The notes under the pieces were generated by a model. It was not told the origin of the DNA, did no database searches, and was given only the letters and a program-made list of their open reading frames with translations. The position numbers and the translations under genes were made by a program. Below are positions 24,097 through 37,774 of a DNA stretch of 64,000 bases, in pieces. How positions within the stretch are numbered: position 1 is the first letter of the stretch; each line of letters starts with the position of its first letter. The stretch comes from Octopus vulgaris (taxonomy: Eukaryota): positions 108,872,001 through 108,936,000 of the forward strand of contig OX597814.1 in NCBI GenBank assembly GCA_951406725.2, in the 5' to 3' direction.

Positions 24097-27000
24097 TGCT
24101 GGCTTTGCTGGGTGGAGGTGCTCGTCTAAACTTTGAAAACATAAGGACATGGGAAATGTGTCAAGTCCAACAGGAAATTGTGTTTCCTAGGGCTAAATAA
24201 CAGTAGCATTCTTCCCTTTCATGGGACTATCACATTAAGTTGACAACATACTATCACTTTATTTGAAAGCAATATTAAGGCAGCAAGCTGGTAGAATTGT
24301 TAGCAGATCAGACAAGGTGCTTAGCAGCATTTCTTCTGACTTGTTAATTTCTGAATTCAAATTCTGCAGAGGTGAACTTTGCTTTCATATTTTCAGGGCC
24401 AATAAAATAATTATCAGTTCTACATTGGGGGTCAGTGTATTCAACTTCCTCCTCTCCTCAAAATTGCTGACCTTATGTCAAAATCAGAAAGAATTATTAT
24501 GGTTTTTATTATGCCACCAATGTCTGCTACAAATATAGGGGATAGCAAAGAAAAAAACCCCTCCAATTCAGATTCACCATTCTTGATCAATGTTTCAAGA
24601 ACAAATGCACAATGTACATTTGCTGTTGAAACTAGTAACTAAAAAAGAAAAGCACAGTGAATGTTGGCTCCACGAAGACAATTTCCACCTATCTGTCTAA
24701 TTTGACAAGTGCCGAACCAGTGGCTGTGTAAAATATGGCCAATGTTACTGCCACACCCTTTAGCATTCAGATTACTGTGTCTTATGTAATGCTTATTGTG
24801 TTGAATTAATCATTCGTTATGGTCAGTTTAGATACTGAAGGGCTAAGCTGAAGGCCAATCTCCAGTGGTGTATCATTAGTACTGTTTGAATAACTGGTTT
24901 TCTAACTGTTCTGGCTCCTTCCATAAGTTCACCCTGTTCATAAAATCCACTTCTACACCACTGCACCATTAAATGTACAACATAGAATATTTTCCTTCTG
25001 TAAATATCACCCAAAAGTAGTTTTCTCCTTTTTTTTTTGTTGGATATTCTTAGATTGGTTTGCAGAAGAGATTGAAAAAGTATATTTATTCTACATAAAT
25101 TGTTTCTGTATTTAACTTAGCCAGGTTGTATTTAATGGATGTGTATTATCTAGAATAGTGGATACGTTGTTGCATTATGCGATTGAGGAAACTAAATAGT
25201 CAGATATTTCTGTGACAGTGAATGCTCTCCTTTATGGCAAACTTATAATCTATAAAAAAGGAAAATAGTCCAATATCTCTGACAGAACAGGATTATTATC
25301 CTAACCAGTGATTTAACTGGAAGAATCACAAATATAGAAACCCTAAGTTTAGATGAATTGCAACATGTAAATATAAAGGATTTCAATGGAAAGTACCATC
25401 GAAATGAAACCAGAAGCATTAGGGTAAAAAAAAAGGAATTGGATATTTGATGTATTGAGTTAATAGAAAGTGATTTTTGTATGGATTCTACATGTCTTCA
25501 TCATTTCTGTATTTTATGGACATTTCTACAAGTGACAGGATAACAGGCTTACCAGCAACATTTCAGTCATGTATATTCTTAAGCCATTGCTTTTAGTGAA
25601 TTCATAGTGGAGTTGTGTGGCTCAGTGGTGAGGTAAAAACAAAAAAAAAATCTCTCTTTTTCTCAAGGATAAATGTTAGTTCTTTTGTACAATAAATTTA
25701 CAAACTCCTAATTGTAAAGTACCACAAAATATTCACTTTCCTTTGCATCTGGCATGGGCATAATTTCAGTTTTTTGAGATTCCTGCATTGTTGTTGTCAA
25801 ATGAATGTACAAATGGAGAGAAATTGATGCATTTTTTCCATCTAGAGGTAGTCGAAGCACCTTGTTGTTGTGTGCTATCTAGAATATCCTCCTCAACTTC
25901 TGCCTCATCTGACGATGGAAAAAAGTTCTTCATTGCTGTGTCATCATTACCATCTGTTGGATGGTTTGACAGGAGCTGGTAAGCCGGAGGACTGCACCAG
26001 GCTCCAGTCCTCTGTTTTGGCATGGTTTCTACTGCTAGATGTCTTTCTTGACACCAACCACTTTACAGTGATCGTTGCCAGAGCGGCTAACTGGCTTCCG
26101 TGCTGGTGGCACATAAATGCTAGATGGTACTGGCATGGGTGCTTTCCCTGTGGTGCCACCACAGATGCTTCTCATGTGGCACCTGCACAGGTGCTTTTCA
26201 CATGTCACTGGTATGGATGCTTTTCGCATGATGATGGTCCAGGTACTTCACATGTGGTGCCAGGCCTGGTACTCTCCATGTGGCACCAGTACAGGTGATT
26301 TTTACATGGCACTGGTGTGCTGACTGTTTATTATATCAGTTAATATCCAGATATATGTGGTGGGAGGTGGGTTCACAGTTCTGTCTGAAGACATGTGCAT
26401 GTCTGAATAATCTGTCATGAAGGTGACAAGCTGGCAGAAACATTAGCATGCTGGGCAAAATGCTTAGTGGTATTTCATCTGTCTTTACATTTTGAGTTCA
26501 AATTCCACCACGGTCAACATTGCTTTCATCCTTTCGGGGTCGATAAATTAAGTACCAGTTGCATACTGGGATCGAGCTAATCAACTGCCCCCTCCCCCAA
26601 AATTATGGGTCTTGTGCCGAGAGTAGGAAAAAAAATTATGAATAATCTGTCATTGTCAACTGTATTACTTGTCATAATGGACAACGATAACAACAGCAGC
26701 AATGAGCCACCATAATGTTCTTCTACCAGCATCCGAGTGGCAATGCTACTACATTTAATCCGTTAACTTTGTTCGGTAACATGGATAAATCAAGGTTTCA
26801 AAGTTGACTTCTCTAATGTTTGAAGAGTACCTTTCCAATTGATATAATTCATATGAGATGTGAGAAGGGGTATGTCTTGTTGAATCTAACTCACTGTTGA
26901 GTTCATTTGTCATTTAGTTGTTTTCAAAAGATAGAAATTGATATACAGTGTTTTAGTACTGATATAACCATACACATGAAACAAGTTACAAGTTGTACAC

Positions 27001-28310
27001 AGGTATGGTGTGTAGTAAGAAGTTTGCTTCTCAACCACATGGTTCTGGGTTCAGTCAAGCTGTACGGTACCTTGGCCTGACCAAAGCTTTGCAAGTGGAT
27101 TTTTTTAACAGAAACTGAATGAAACCCATTTAATATATTATCATCATCATCATTTAACATCTGCTTTCCATGCTAGCATGGGTTGCACGGTTTGACTGAG
27201 GGCTGGCGAACCAGATGGCTGCACCAGGCTCCAGTCTTAATCTGGCAGAGTTTCTACAGCTGGATGCCCTTCCTAATGCCAACCACTCTGAGACTGTAGT
27301 GGGTGCTTTTACATGCCAGCAGCACAGGGGCCAGTCAGGCGGTACTGGCAACGACCTCGCTTGAATCTTTTTACACATGCCACCGGCACAGGTGCCAGTA
27401 AGGCGATGCTGGTAACAATCACACTCGAATGGTGCCTTTTATGTGCTACCAGCACGGAAGTCAGTTAGCCGCTCTGGCAACGATCACGCTCAGATGGTGC
27501 TCTTAGCACCCTACTAGCACGGGGGTGTATGTAGGTGTCTGTGTTTGTCCCCCACTACTGCTTGACAACTGGTGTTTGCATTCCTATAATTTGGCAGTTT
27601 GGTAAAAGAGACTGATAGAATAACTATCAGAATTAAAAAAAGAACAAAGCCCTGGGGGCAATTTGACTAAAAATTAATTCTTCAAGTCAGTGCCCCAGCA
27701 TGGCCACTGTAATGACTGAAACAAGATAAATAATAGAGATCTTAAGGAATACAAACAGACACTACTGCCACTACTACTACATTGTTTTGTATTTATACAC
27801 ATGGCCAGCAGTTTTGTAGGGAGAGGGGTTAGTCAGTACCATCAACTACAGTACTTGACTGGTGGGTTGAAAGGCAAAGTTGTCCCTAGGATATAAAGAG
27901 TTAGAAGAAATACCATAATGCATCTTAACCAACTTTGCCATTCTTTTACTCTGCTAGAATAGCTTTAAGTTACAATGACAGACGTAAACAAAATATTTGT
28001 GGATGTAGACAAAAATGTGGAAAATCTTTATTTATGGTAGAATCTAGGCCAAATATTGATTAATTTCTCGTATTGAACCAAAGCCAGAAATTGTAAGGCG
28101 GAGTGTAATATTTATAATTGGTCCCTGAACACGGTTGTTATTTATTTTATTAAGCCCCAGATGAGGAAGGAAAGATAGAGTTGTGACAAAGATTGGACTG
28201 GTATTGAATAACCCAGGAGACATGTTCAAAAAGCAGAGTGGACAGCCAATTGAAGAACTCAGAATATAAAGGGACTTAAAATATTGTAGACACTTTTGTT
28301 TACCACATTT

Positions 28311-28741
28311 CTACCCTTCACACAACTATTTTATATAGTACCCTACCAATTCTATCAACCCTCTGCCCCTCACACAACTATTTTATATAGTACCCTACCA
28401 ATTCTTATTTCTTTATTGCCCACGAGGGGCTAAACATAGAGGGGACAAACTAAGGACAGACAAAGGGATTAAGTCAATTACATCGACCCCGGTACGTAAC
28501 TGGTACTTAATTTATCGACCCTGAAAGGATGAAAGGCAAAGTTGACCTCAGCAGAATTTGAACTCGGAACATAACAACAGACAAAATACCGCTAAGCATT
28601 TCGCCCAGCGTGCTAACGTTTCTGCCTGCTCAATTCTATCAATCTTCTACCCTTCACACAACTATTTTATATAGTACCCTACCAATTCTATCAACCCTCT
28701 GCCCTTCACACAACTATTTTATATAATACCCTACCAATTCT
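28311..28741. repeat. ~52-bp tandem repeat (4 units) split by a SINE insertion (~28404-28630, -)
   Basis: CT(A/G)CCC(T/C)TCACACAACTATTTTATATAGTACCCTACCAATTCTATCAACCCT repeated; the SINE is flanked by a duplicated CAATTCT. Confidence 0.8.
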
Positions 28742-30202
28742 GCCCCTACATCAATTTACAAACGCTCAAGTCCACCAAAACAAAACAATACTGATAAGTA
28801 CATTATAAAGTGTTACACATATAACAGAGGTTATTCTGGACATTTTGTCTCCAGATTTTATGCTAGAATCCCTTTATGCTTTTTATCTTTTTTCCAAAAG
28901 AAACGTTTTTCCATTAAAAAATATTCAGTCACTATTAAAAAAAGGGGGTTATTTGTATTAGCTTTATTTTCATTTACACACAGTCTTGTGGATTATCATT
29001 TATGCTAAGGGAGGTAATTATCACTTTACAGGTGGGATTATAAATTTGAATTAAAAATCAAGGAATACAAAAAGGATACTAGGCAGTCACATATATTTTC
29101 ATTTTATCTAGAAAAATATGGGGAAAAACCCAGTGTTACCCCCGTCATATAGCAGGTAACTTTTTTGTCACCATTGGCAATATCAGGAAATATGATACAC
29201 ACGCAAAAGTTATTATTCGACTTTTATCACACTTCCTTGTGCTGATTCAAAATGCAGTGAACATATACCTTTTTATCTTTTACTTGTTTCAGTCGTTAGA
29301 CTGCGTCCATGCTGGGGCACCACCTTGAGGAATTTTTTAGTTGAATGAATCAACCCCAATATCTATTTTTTTTTTAAGCCTGATAGTTATTCTATTGTTC
29401 TCTTTTACCAAATCACTAAGTTATGGGGATGTAAAAACACCAACACCTTTAAACATGGACAGCACACAACTAAAGGCCTCACAATCACTCCCAGTGCTGG
29501 TTCTCCTTATCACTAAGAACCTCTACTGTTGAAAGCATCTCCTAACATCCTAACAATTGGCCCTTCTCAGATTCAGAACATACTTCTGCTTCCCCCCCCC
29601 CCCACACACACACACAATTATTAACACTCTACAAAGCTTAGGTGAGGCTGACAATGGAATGTTGCTTTCACATCTGAGATTCTCTTGCTGCACACATACA
29701 AACTTCTTAGACCACATCCAACTGATTGGCATGAAGTCACTCAAAGACCCTCTCCAGCCTCAAATCCACAGGTACACTGTCCTCTCTCTGCCTTTCCTAT
29801 TGCTACTAGAATGACCTCCTCAGAGCTGGTTGAGTCCATGCCACCTCCATTCACATGAATTTCCCTACCGTATATGAAACATGTGGTTTACATTCAGTGA
29901 ACAGTGACTGCCCCAAACTGTCCCATTATGAACTAGGATTGCTGTCTCTATATTTAGCTAGTAAAAATTCTACATTCCTATTTGCCAATGTTCTCTGGCA
30001 ACGAGAAGAGTTTAAGCCCTACTATTCTAATTGGCCATCAAATAATCTGAACCAATGAAACTAGTTGAAATGTTTTCCGTATTTTGTGAAGTCAGTTCAT
30101 TTATTTATTTATTGTTTCTGTGTGTACAAACTGGTTATTTCTGTGGCAGAAAACCTCTTTGTGAATGTCCTGGTGATTGTGTTTATATTTCTGTAATTTT
30201 AG

Positions 30203-30296
30203 GGTGACAGGAAAGAAGACTCTGGTGACAAGGAAGTGAAAACAGATGACCAGTCGAAAAAAGATGAAGCTAACAAAACAAAAGACAAAAATGATG
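30203..30296 (+). CDS. Penultimate exon of the unidentified + strand gene (GDRKEDSGDKEVKTDDQSKKDEANKTKDKND)
   Basis: TTTTAG acceptor, GTATGT donor, charged open frame. The phase-1 G joins AT of the next exon to give Asp. Confidence 0.8.
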
Positions 30297-33200
30297 GTAT
30301 GTCATATTACATTTAATATATACCACACTGGTATGGTACATTACAATTATTATAACCCAAAGTGGTCTACAGTCATTGTGCAATTAAACTGTGTGTAGTT
30401 TTGTAATTACTACATGCTACAAATTCTTTCTCATTTAATTTATTTTCCTCTTTACAATATAAAGGGGAAAATATTCCCTCCGTGGAGTGAAGCTACTACT
30501 GTGTAATAAATGATAGTTTAAACAGGAAAGGAAATAAATTTAAAGCTTGTGTTTTATACTTTATAAATTTTTGGTTTTATGTATTTATTTTTTAAAATTT
30601 TGTGTAATTATCAATTATAAAAATAACTAAAATATAAATCTTATTAACAACTAAGTACACGTAGGTTATTAATGTTTATAGACTTAGTAGTCTTAGTTTG
30701 ATTTTTTTTTTTTTTTTTGGTCAGTGAAGGCACATGGCCCAATGGTTAGGGTGTTGCATTAACAATTGCAAGATGGTAGTTTCAATTCCCAGACTGGGCA
30801 GTGTGTTGCTTTCTTCATCAGAACACTTCATTTCACATTACTCCAGTCCACCCAGCTGTAAATGGGTTCCGGCAATAACTGGGAAGTTAACCCTATAAAG
30901 GACTGGTATTCCATTCAGTCGGTGAGGCATGTTGTCACTTATATGCAATGGAAACTGGGTCAAGTTCTTGCCTCAGAAGTCCTGGGGTCGGGACGCCCAA
31001 GATGATGGTTTCCATCATCCACTTATCTGTTTTTCATTGGTCAGAAATGAAACACCTGTGCTTTACTTTTGATGACAAAGGTGATTGGTGGCAATTTAGT
31101 TGTCTTAGATCTTCAATTCTGACACGGTCTGAGAGTTTGGTGTTATTAATAATTCGCATTACATAATTCTGAAAGACTTGCTGTTTCTGTAGTGTAGCAG
31201 AAGTCCAGTTGACACATTCCAGACCATATAAAACTACTGGAAGAATACAGGTGTTGAAGATGCTTGATTTTATGTGGTATGGGACTCATCTGGAAAGCTC
31301 TTACCAAAGATCAAGTATGCTAGAAGCCACTGTCTTGTGTTGGTGCAATTCTGCCACTGGTGGAGACAGCAGGAAGAGGAAGCACTTGTGCTGTCTAGAA
31401 TAGTTAGCAATTTTGTAGCCAGTCGGCTGACTTTCAAAAAAAAACCCTGGCATTGGAGGAGGGAGAGAATGTGGATTGGTAGCAGATCATTGCAATAAGG
31501 CAATGGTCAAATGAGCTGGTAGGTCAAGAGACAGTTATTGTCAGCAGAATGCTGGATTTGGAGGTGAAAGAGAGGGCAATGGGGTTGGAAATATCTTGTT
31601 GGTAAGGGATGAAACTAGATGGGGATAAGTGTGAAAGCCAAGAGAAGTAGTGAGAATTGGATTAATTAAGGATTATGATTTCGGAGAAGAACAAAACGAG
31701 ATGTTATTGATAGAGATAGAGAAATGCTTCTGTGAAGCGTGTAGTAGTCATGGTTGCTGGTGAATGGAAAGTGTATTTGGCTGTGTGTAGAAGTAATTAA
31801 CATCATTTGTGAACAATTAACAAAAGATTTTATTACTGCCCCTAGTGTTTTAATTTTGTTGGTCTTTTTTCAAATAATTACACCCTGGGAGTGGCATACA
31901 GCTCAGGATTTATGACAAGTTGACTGATATAGCAATTTGTGGCTGACTCATCATAAATGGAAAATAATTGTGCTATATTTGTGGTAGGTCCCATTGCATG
32001 GCACCTTGGGCAAGTGTCTTCTACCATTGCCTCAGGCTGACCAAAACCTTGTGAGTGGATTTGGTAGATTGAAACTGAAAGAAGCCCATTCATCATCATC
32101 GTTTAATGTCCGCTTTCCATGCTAGCATGGGTTGGATGATTTGACTGTCTGGCGAACCAGATGGCTGCACCAGACTCCAATGTGATCTGGCAATGTTTCT
32201 ACTGCTGGATGCCCTTCCTAACGTTAACCACTCTGAGAGTGTAGTGGGTGCTTTTACATGCCACCGGCATAAGGGCCAGTCAGGTGGTACTGGCAACGAC
32301 CACACTCAAATGGTGCTTTTTATGTGCCACCTGCACAGGGGCCAGTCCAGCGGCACTGGCAACGACCTCGCTTGAATGTTTTTTCGCATGCTACCAGCAC
32401 AAGTACTAGTAAGTACAAGTACAGCACGGAGGCCAGCTTGTTCCTCTGGCCATGATCTCACTTGTATGGTAGTCTTAGCGCTCCACTAGCACGGATGCCA
32501 GTCATCGAATTTGATTTTGATTGTGTATATATATGTTTGTGTCAGTGTTTGTCCCCTACCACCACTTGACAACTGGTGTTGGTGTGTTTACGTTCCTGTA
32601 ACTTAGTGGTTCAGCAAAAGAGAATAAGTACCTAAGTACCGGTGTCGATTCATTCAACAAAAAATTCTTCAGGGTGGTGCCCCAGCATGACCACAGTCTA
32701 GTGACTGAAACAAGTCAAAGATAAAAGATATCTGTCTTAGTTGGCTGCATGTGAAGATGAAAATAGAGACATCAGGCGGTCCCCTCAACATTCTGCGATT
32801 ACTGCCTAAAACTGCCTTCCAGGTAGGGCCTAAAGAGAAAGTCCTATAAAATGGAATCACACAATGGCTTGATGCTGATTGGTTGCTTAATCATGTGGAA
32901 CTACTGTGGTTTGATTGTGATATCTGCTTGGCTGCCTCGGTTTTGAATCTGTTACACTTCAAGAATTATTGGTGGTTAAAAGAGTTGAAATAGTGGGAGA
33001 ATGAAATCCTCATATGGGCAGACACCACCTTTTTGGAGTGGAGTCTGAGTAAAGAGTGTTGCCTGGACAGTAGAGATGGACTATTAATAGGGATTAAGAG
33101 ATTTGTATGAACTAAATATTATCTTTTTTTAGGAACTAAGTATTATATTTATGATAAAAGCAATGTTTGCATAGTAAATGATTTAGCATTTGAAACATGT

Positions 33201-34667
33201 GTAGACACATGACGCTAGGTTTAGGCTTTATGTTGGTTTTGCTTCCCTGTACATGAAAGACAGAATGATGGGGAAGAAAATATTCCAATATTTAATGATA
33301 ATGATAAACTTTTCATTTGGTCAGAAAACTCTTAGAGGATTTCAGATATTCAGTATGAAATAAAATTAAATGTTTGTAGACTAAAATAGAGTATTATTGA
33401 TTAGTGTTAGATGTTCAACTGAAGACTTTGGTAATTAATCATGATATATAATGTCATTATTATCATAATTGAATGTCCATTGTCCATGCCGGTGTGAGAT
33501 GGATGGTTCAGGAAGAACCAGTGAACCAGAGGATAGCATCCAGCTCCCATGTCTCCTTTGGCATTGTTTCTACAGCTGGATGCCCTTCCTAACACCATAC
33601 CGCATGGCACTAGTGGGGTCACCAAGTAACTGGCAACACACGACCCCACCTCAACTGAATAGGGGTGTAGTATTGAGGGAGATGGCTTTGTGCCAGGTGT
33701 TGAGAGGTGAAAGGATGATAAAGGGACAAGGACAAGTGTCTTGGTGTAGAGGAGATATAAGTATCCTCTCCCCCACCCCAATAACATTACAAAATAAAAC
33801 AAAAGCAAATATATGTGTGTGTATGTTTCATATAGCTATTATGACTATTATCATGTTATTGTTTCAATGTCAATGTGTTTGCTGATCAAATTAGTCACCA
33901 AACTAACACAATACAAAAGCAATTTCTAATTGTCTTCTTCATCATCTATTTCTCTCTTCGTATGTGCTTAGACAAGTTTCTCTTTTATGTATTTAGACAA
34001 GGTGCATGAATGTCACAACTTCTCAGTAAGAAACTAGCTTAATAATTTAAAAAATATACAAGAAATCATTTGATAATCTATTTTCCCCTGGTTTATTTAG
34101 GTTCACTGAATAATATTTATAAGATGTGGCCATAGATATTGACCTTACTTTGTTAAGAAGCTTGCTTCTTAACGAAATGGTTTCAGGTTCATTTCCACTG
34201 TATGGCACCTTGAGCGAGTGTTTTTTACTGTAGTCACAAGCTTACCAAAGCCTTATGAGTAGATTTGGTAGATGAAAACTGAAAGAAGCCTGTTGTGTAT
34301 GTGTGCGTTGTCCTGACATCATGTGATGGTTGTAAAAAGCATGCCTGGCCAAAGGTAAATATTACCTTGCTTGGAAACAGGTGAGGGCTGGTGACAGGAA
34401 GGGTATCCTGTTCTAGAAGGGTCGACCCTGCCCTTGCCTTGACACCATGTGATGGTTGTAAACAAGCATCCCTGTCACACAGGTGATGTTTCTTTCCATT
34501 CTTCTGCAAAAAACACATGTGGCCTTAGGAGAATATTAGCTTGCATGAAAACAGTTGGAAGGGCATCTGGCCATAGGAAATTTCCCTCCACAAATTAAAG
34601 CTGACCCCTGCACGCATGGAAAAGTGGATGGACATTAAATGATGATTGTGTTGATTATGGCTTAGAC

Positions 34668-35181
34668 CAGCAATTCTCAACTGCACCCCTCTATTGTTTT
34701 TCCTCTATTCTTTTATTTGTTTCAGTCATTTGACTGTGGCCATGCTGGAGCACTACCTCTATTTGAACAAATCTACCCTGGGACTGATTCTTTGAAAGCC
34801 AAGTACTTATTCTATCGGTCTCTTTGCCGAATCGCTAAGTTACAGGGACGTAAACACACCAACATCGGTTGTCAGGCGATGTTGGTGGGGGTGACACACA
34901 CACATATATATATGATGGGCTTCTTTCAGTTTCCATCTACCAAATCCACTCACAAGGATTTGGTCTGCCCGAGGCTATAGTAGAAGACATTTGCCCAAGG
35001 TGCTACGCAATGAAACTGAACCTGGAACCATGTGGCTGGTAAGCAAGCTACTTACCACGCAGCCACACCTGCACCTATAATCTTTTTCTTTAATTGATTT
35101 GTTTTACTTCTTTTGATGTGGCCACCTAAAAAATCCAGGCTTTGAATCTGGCCCAGATACTAAAATGGTTGAGAACCACTG
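34668..35181. mobile_element. hAT-type MITE with a nested tRNA-SINE (~34705-35077, -)
   Basis: Termini CAGCAATTCTCAAC...GTTGAGAACCACTG with partly matching 8-bp flanks (GCTTAGAC/GCTTCAAA). The interior is the common CORE-like SINE (CCTTGGGCAAATGTCTT on -). Confidence 0.55.
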
Positions 35182-35833
35182 GCTTCAAAAACATGGACAG
35201 CCTTTGGTTCATTGTACTATCTAGAAGCTAGGTTATAGTTTGTGAATCTCTTTTGCTGCTTGCTTTGGACATCACTGAGAAAACAAGGAGTGGCTGTGTG
35301 GTAAGTAGCTTGCTTATCAACCACATGGTTCCAAGTTCAGTCTCACTGCATGGAACCTTGGGCGAAAAGAGACCGAGAGAATAAGTACTACGCTTACAAA
35401 GAATAAGTCCTGGGGTCAATTTGTTCGACTAAAGGCGGTGCTCCAGCATGGCCCCAGTCAAATGACTGAAACAAATAAAAGAGTGAAAGAGTAACTGCCC
35501 TGAGCAGTGCTGAGAATATTTATTGATAGACTCTCTTCTGTTTTGTATTTGAGAAGAATCAAAATGTAAGATAAAACTGGCAAGAAACATTAAATTCTTT
35601 TATTGCTGACGTTGAATTCATTGACGCTGGTTGCACGAGTTGAATTTGAAACTTTTAAACTAATTATTTGCTTTGGTTTGCTTCTAATCTATGAGCTGGA
35701 TATGTTCGAATATTCTCAATCCTCACTTATATCAGTTACAAGAGTGATTAACTTAAAATGTACAACTATTCACTAAAAATCTATAAGGTCACCAGTTTGA
35801 CATTTGAGAGTTGCTGCTCTTAGGCAAGATATA

Positions 35834-35906
<73 letters not shown>

Positions 35907-35919
35907 TTCAACATATAAA

Positions 35920-35969
35920 TTTGTCAAAATATTTTCGTCACTTTGAAACCACGACCTGTTCACTGACAA
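35920..35969 (-). ncRNA. Hammerhead ribozyme variant with G3-C8 core (GUGAACA)
   Basis: TTTGTCA-GTGAACA-G-GTCGT-GGTTTCAAA-GTGAC-GAAA-ATAT-TT-TGACAAA: 7-bp stem I, 5-bp stem II (two G-U), palindromic AATATT stem III. Confidence 0.6.
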
Positions 35970-35992
35970 AATTCCAGATGCAGCACAGAATT

Positions 35993-36043
35993 TTTGTCAG
36001 TGAACAGGTCATGGTTTCAAAACGACGAAAATATTTTGATAAA
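35993..36043 (+). ncRNA. Second, inverted copy of the G3-C8 hammerhead variant
   Basis: TTTGTCA-GTGAACA-G-GTCAT-GGTTTCAAA-ACGAC-GAAA-ATAT-TT-TGATAAA. Confidence 0.55.
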
Positions 36044-36151
36044 TTAAATTTATGTGTTTTTAAATGGCTTATAAACACATCTTCCACGCTGCAACTGTTT
36101 TTATTTCAGTACACAATATCAGATCAGGTCACTTGCTATGCAAGTACATCT

Positions 36152-36196
<45 letters not shown>

Positions 36197-36894
36197 TGTG
36201 CTTCTTTTAGTTTAATTAATAAACAGATACTACTTTTATTTCATATTTAAGTAATTAGCTTGTATTTCCAGCTGTTGAATAAAAACAGTACTAAAATCAT
36301 TCTGTTGAAATTTTAAGATCTTATTCTGGTACCTGATTAAATTTATCGAAAACTGGAGACAGTGAGACTAAATGCTTCGTAACATAGTTTTTAAAAATAA
36401 TAATAATAAACTGGCGTTCTGTTGGTTACGAGTGTTCCAGTTGATCCGATTAATGCAACAGCTTGCCCGTGACATTAATGTGCAAGTGGTTGAGCACTCC
36501 ATAGACATGCGTACTCTTAATGTAGCTCTCAGGGTGATTCAGTGTGACACAGAATGTGACAAGGCTGACCCTTTGAAATACAGATACAACTCATTTTTGC
36601 CAGCTGGGTGGGCTGGAGTAACATGAAATAAAGTGTCTTGCTCAAGGACACATGTCAAGCACATGACCTTAAGTTTGTGAGCCGAATATCCCAACCAGTT
36701 AAGCCACATGCCTTCACAATAAGATAATAATGAGCTTATTGTATAGAGTGCTTGTCAGTAGTAAAGGTTAGAGGAGGAGAGAGAAAGCTTTCATTGCTGT
36801 CTTAACCTATTATTGTTGTTAAGAAGTACATTCACAACATGCAGAATGAAACACAAAAAGAGAGAAAAGGGAAGAGAAGACAGAAAGGGGAACA

Positions 36895-37030
36895 TTAAAA
36901 GAGTCTTAAAAAGAGGAAAGGGTTGATAGGCAGGAATTTGGGGAAACGGGGGAATTTTTGGAGAATGCAATGCCCTGACAGATTAAGAACTGATGAAGGT
37001 AGTTTATTCCATGGTTTCACAATTCTGATA
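36895..37030 (-). mobile_element. CR1-clade LINE 3' fragment
   Basis: Translates ...IRIVKPWNKLPSSVLN, the typical CR1 ORF2 C-terminal WN.LP motif; interrupted by the hAT MITE. Confidence 0.55.
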
Positions 37031-37129
37031 GTGTAGTTCAGTGATTCCCGACCTGGGTCCCATGGACCCTTGGTGACTTGGGGTCCATGAACTAAATTCA
37101 AAGTCTCATATATATATATATATATATAT

Positions 37130-37502
37130 ATTATATAAAGGGGCTTAGTAAAATAAATTACTTTGCCACATACTGAACTCATTAGAAATAGCAGCTAAAA
37201 AAATTTTTTTAAAAACTATTTCTAATACTTAAAGAAAATCTCTCTCATATAGTGTTTGCTCAAGTCAACTCACGAAAGTATGAGGGTAAAAACATTAAAA
37301 CATCACAAATGCAAACCTTTGCATTTGTGATGTTTTAATGTTTTTACCCTCATACTTTCGTGAGTTGACTTGAGCAAACACTATATGAGAGAGATTTTCT
37401 TTAAGTATTAGAAATAGTTTTTAAAAAAATTTTTTAGCTGCTATTTCTAATGAGTTCAGTATGTGGCAAAGTAATTTATTTTACTAAGCCCCTTTATATA
37501 AT
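37130..37502. repeat. Near-perfect ~373-bp palindrome
   Basis: Arms of ~185 bp mirror around GCAAA-CC-TTTGC (loop 37316-37317); I saw only a 1-nt homopolymer-length difference. Confidence 0.95.
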
Positions 37503-37595
37503 GTAATAATTTTAATTCGCCTTAAATGGTCCCTTTACATACTGAATACTTGGTAAAATTGATTAATAATTAATTAATTTTACCCTCAATTGTTG

Positions 37596-37649
<54 letters not shown>

Positions 37650-37660
<11 letters not shown>

Positions 37661-37774
37661 GAAGGTTTGAAAATGCAATTTTAAAAGATGTTTCTTCACT
37701 TGAGGTTGAGCATCTCAACCTCAAGTGAATAAACATCTTTTAAAATTGCATTTTCAAACCTTCTTTCATATATA
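37650..37774. repeat. ~60-bp-arm hairpin at the end of a (TA)n tract
   Basis: GAAAGAAGGTTTGAAAATGC...GAGGTTGAG-CAT-CTCAACCTC...GCATTTTCAAACCTTCTTTC, one mismatch. Confidence 0.9.

Larger units (their letters stand above)
23744..24262. repeat. ~220-bp-arm inverted repeat, each arm carrying a hammerhead motif (Penelope-type terminus)
   Basis: 23744-23963 is the imperfect reverse complement of 24038-24262, with a ~75-nt spacer. Confidence 0.85.

Noticed and set aside
24540-25950. Possible decayed transposase (acidic SDEAEVEED...WKK piece, Cys cluster)
   Set aside because: No catalytic motif or TIR pair could be identified by eye.
31330-31800. Additional decayed Penelope fragments on the minus strand (also 57950-58340)
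   Set aside because: Only faint compositional and motif hints; too degraded to call without an alignment.
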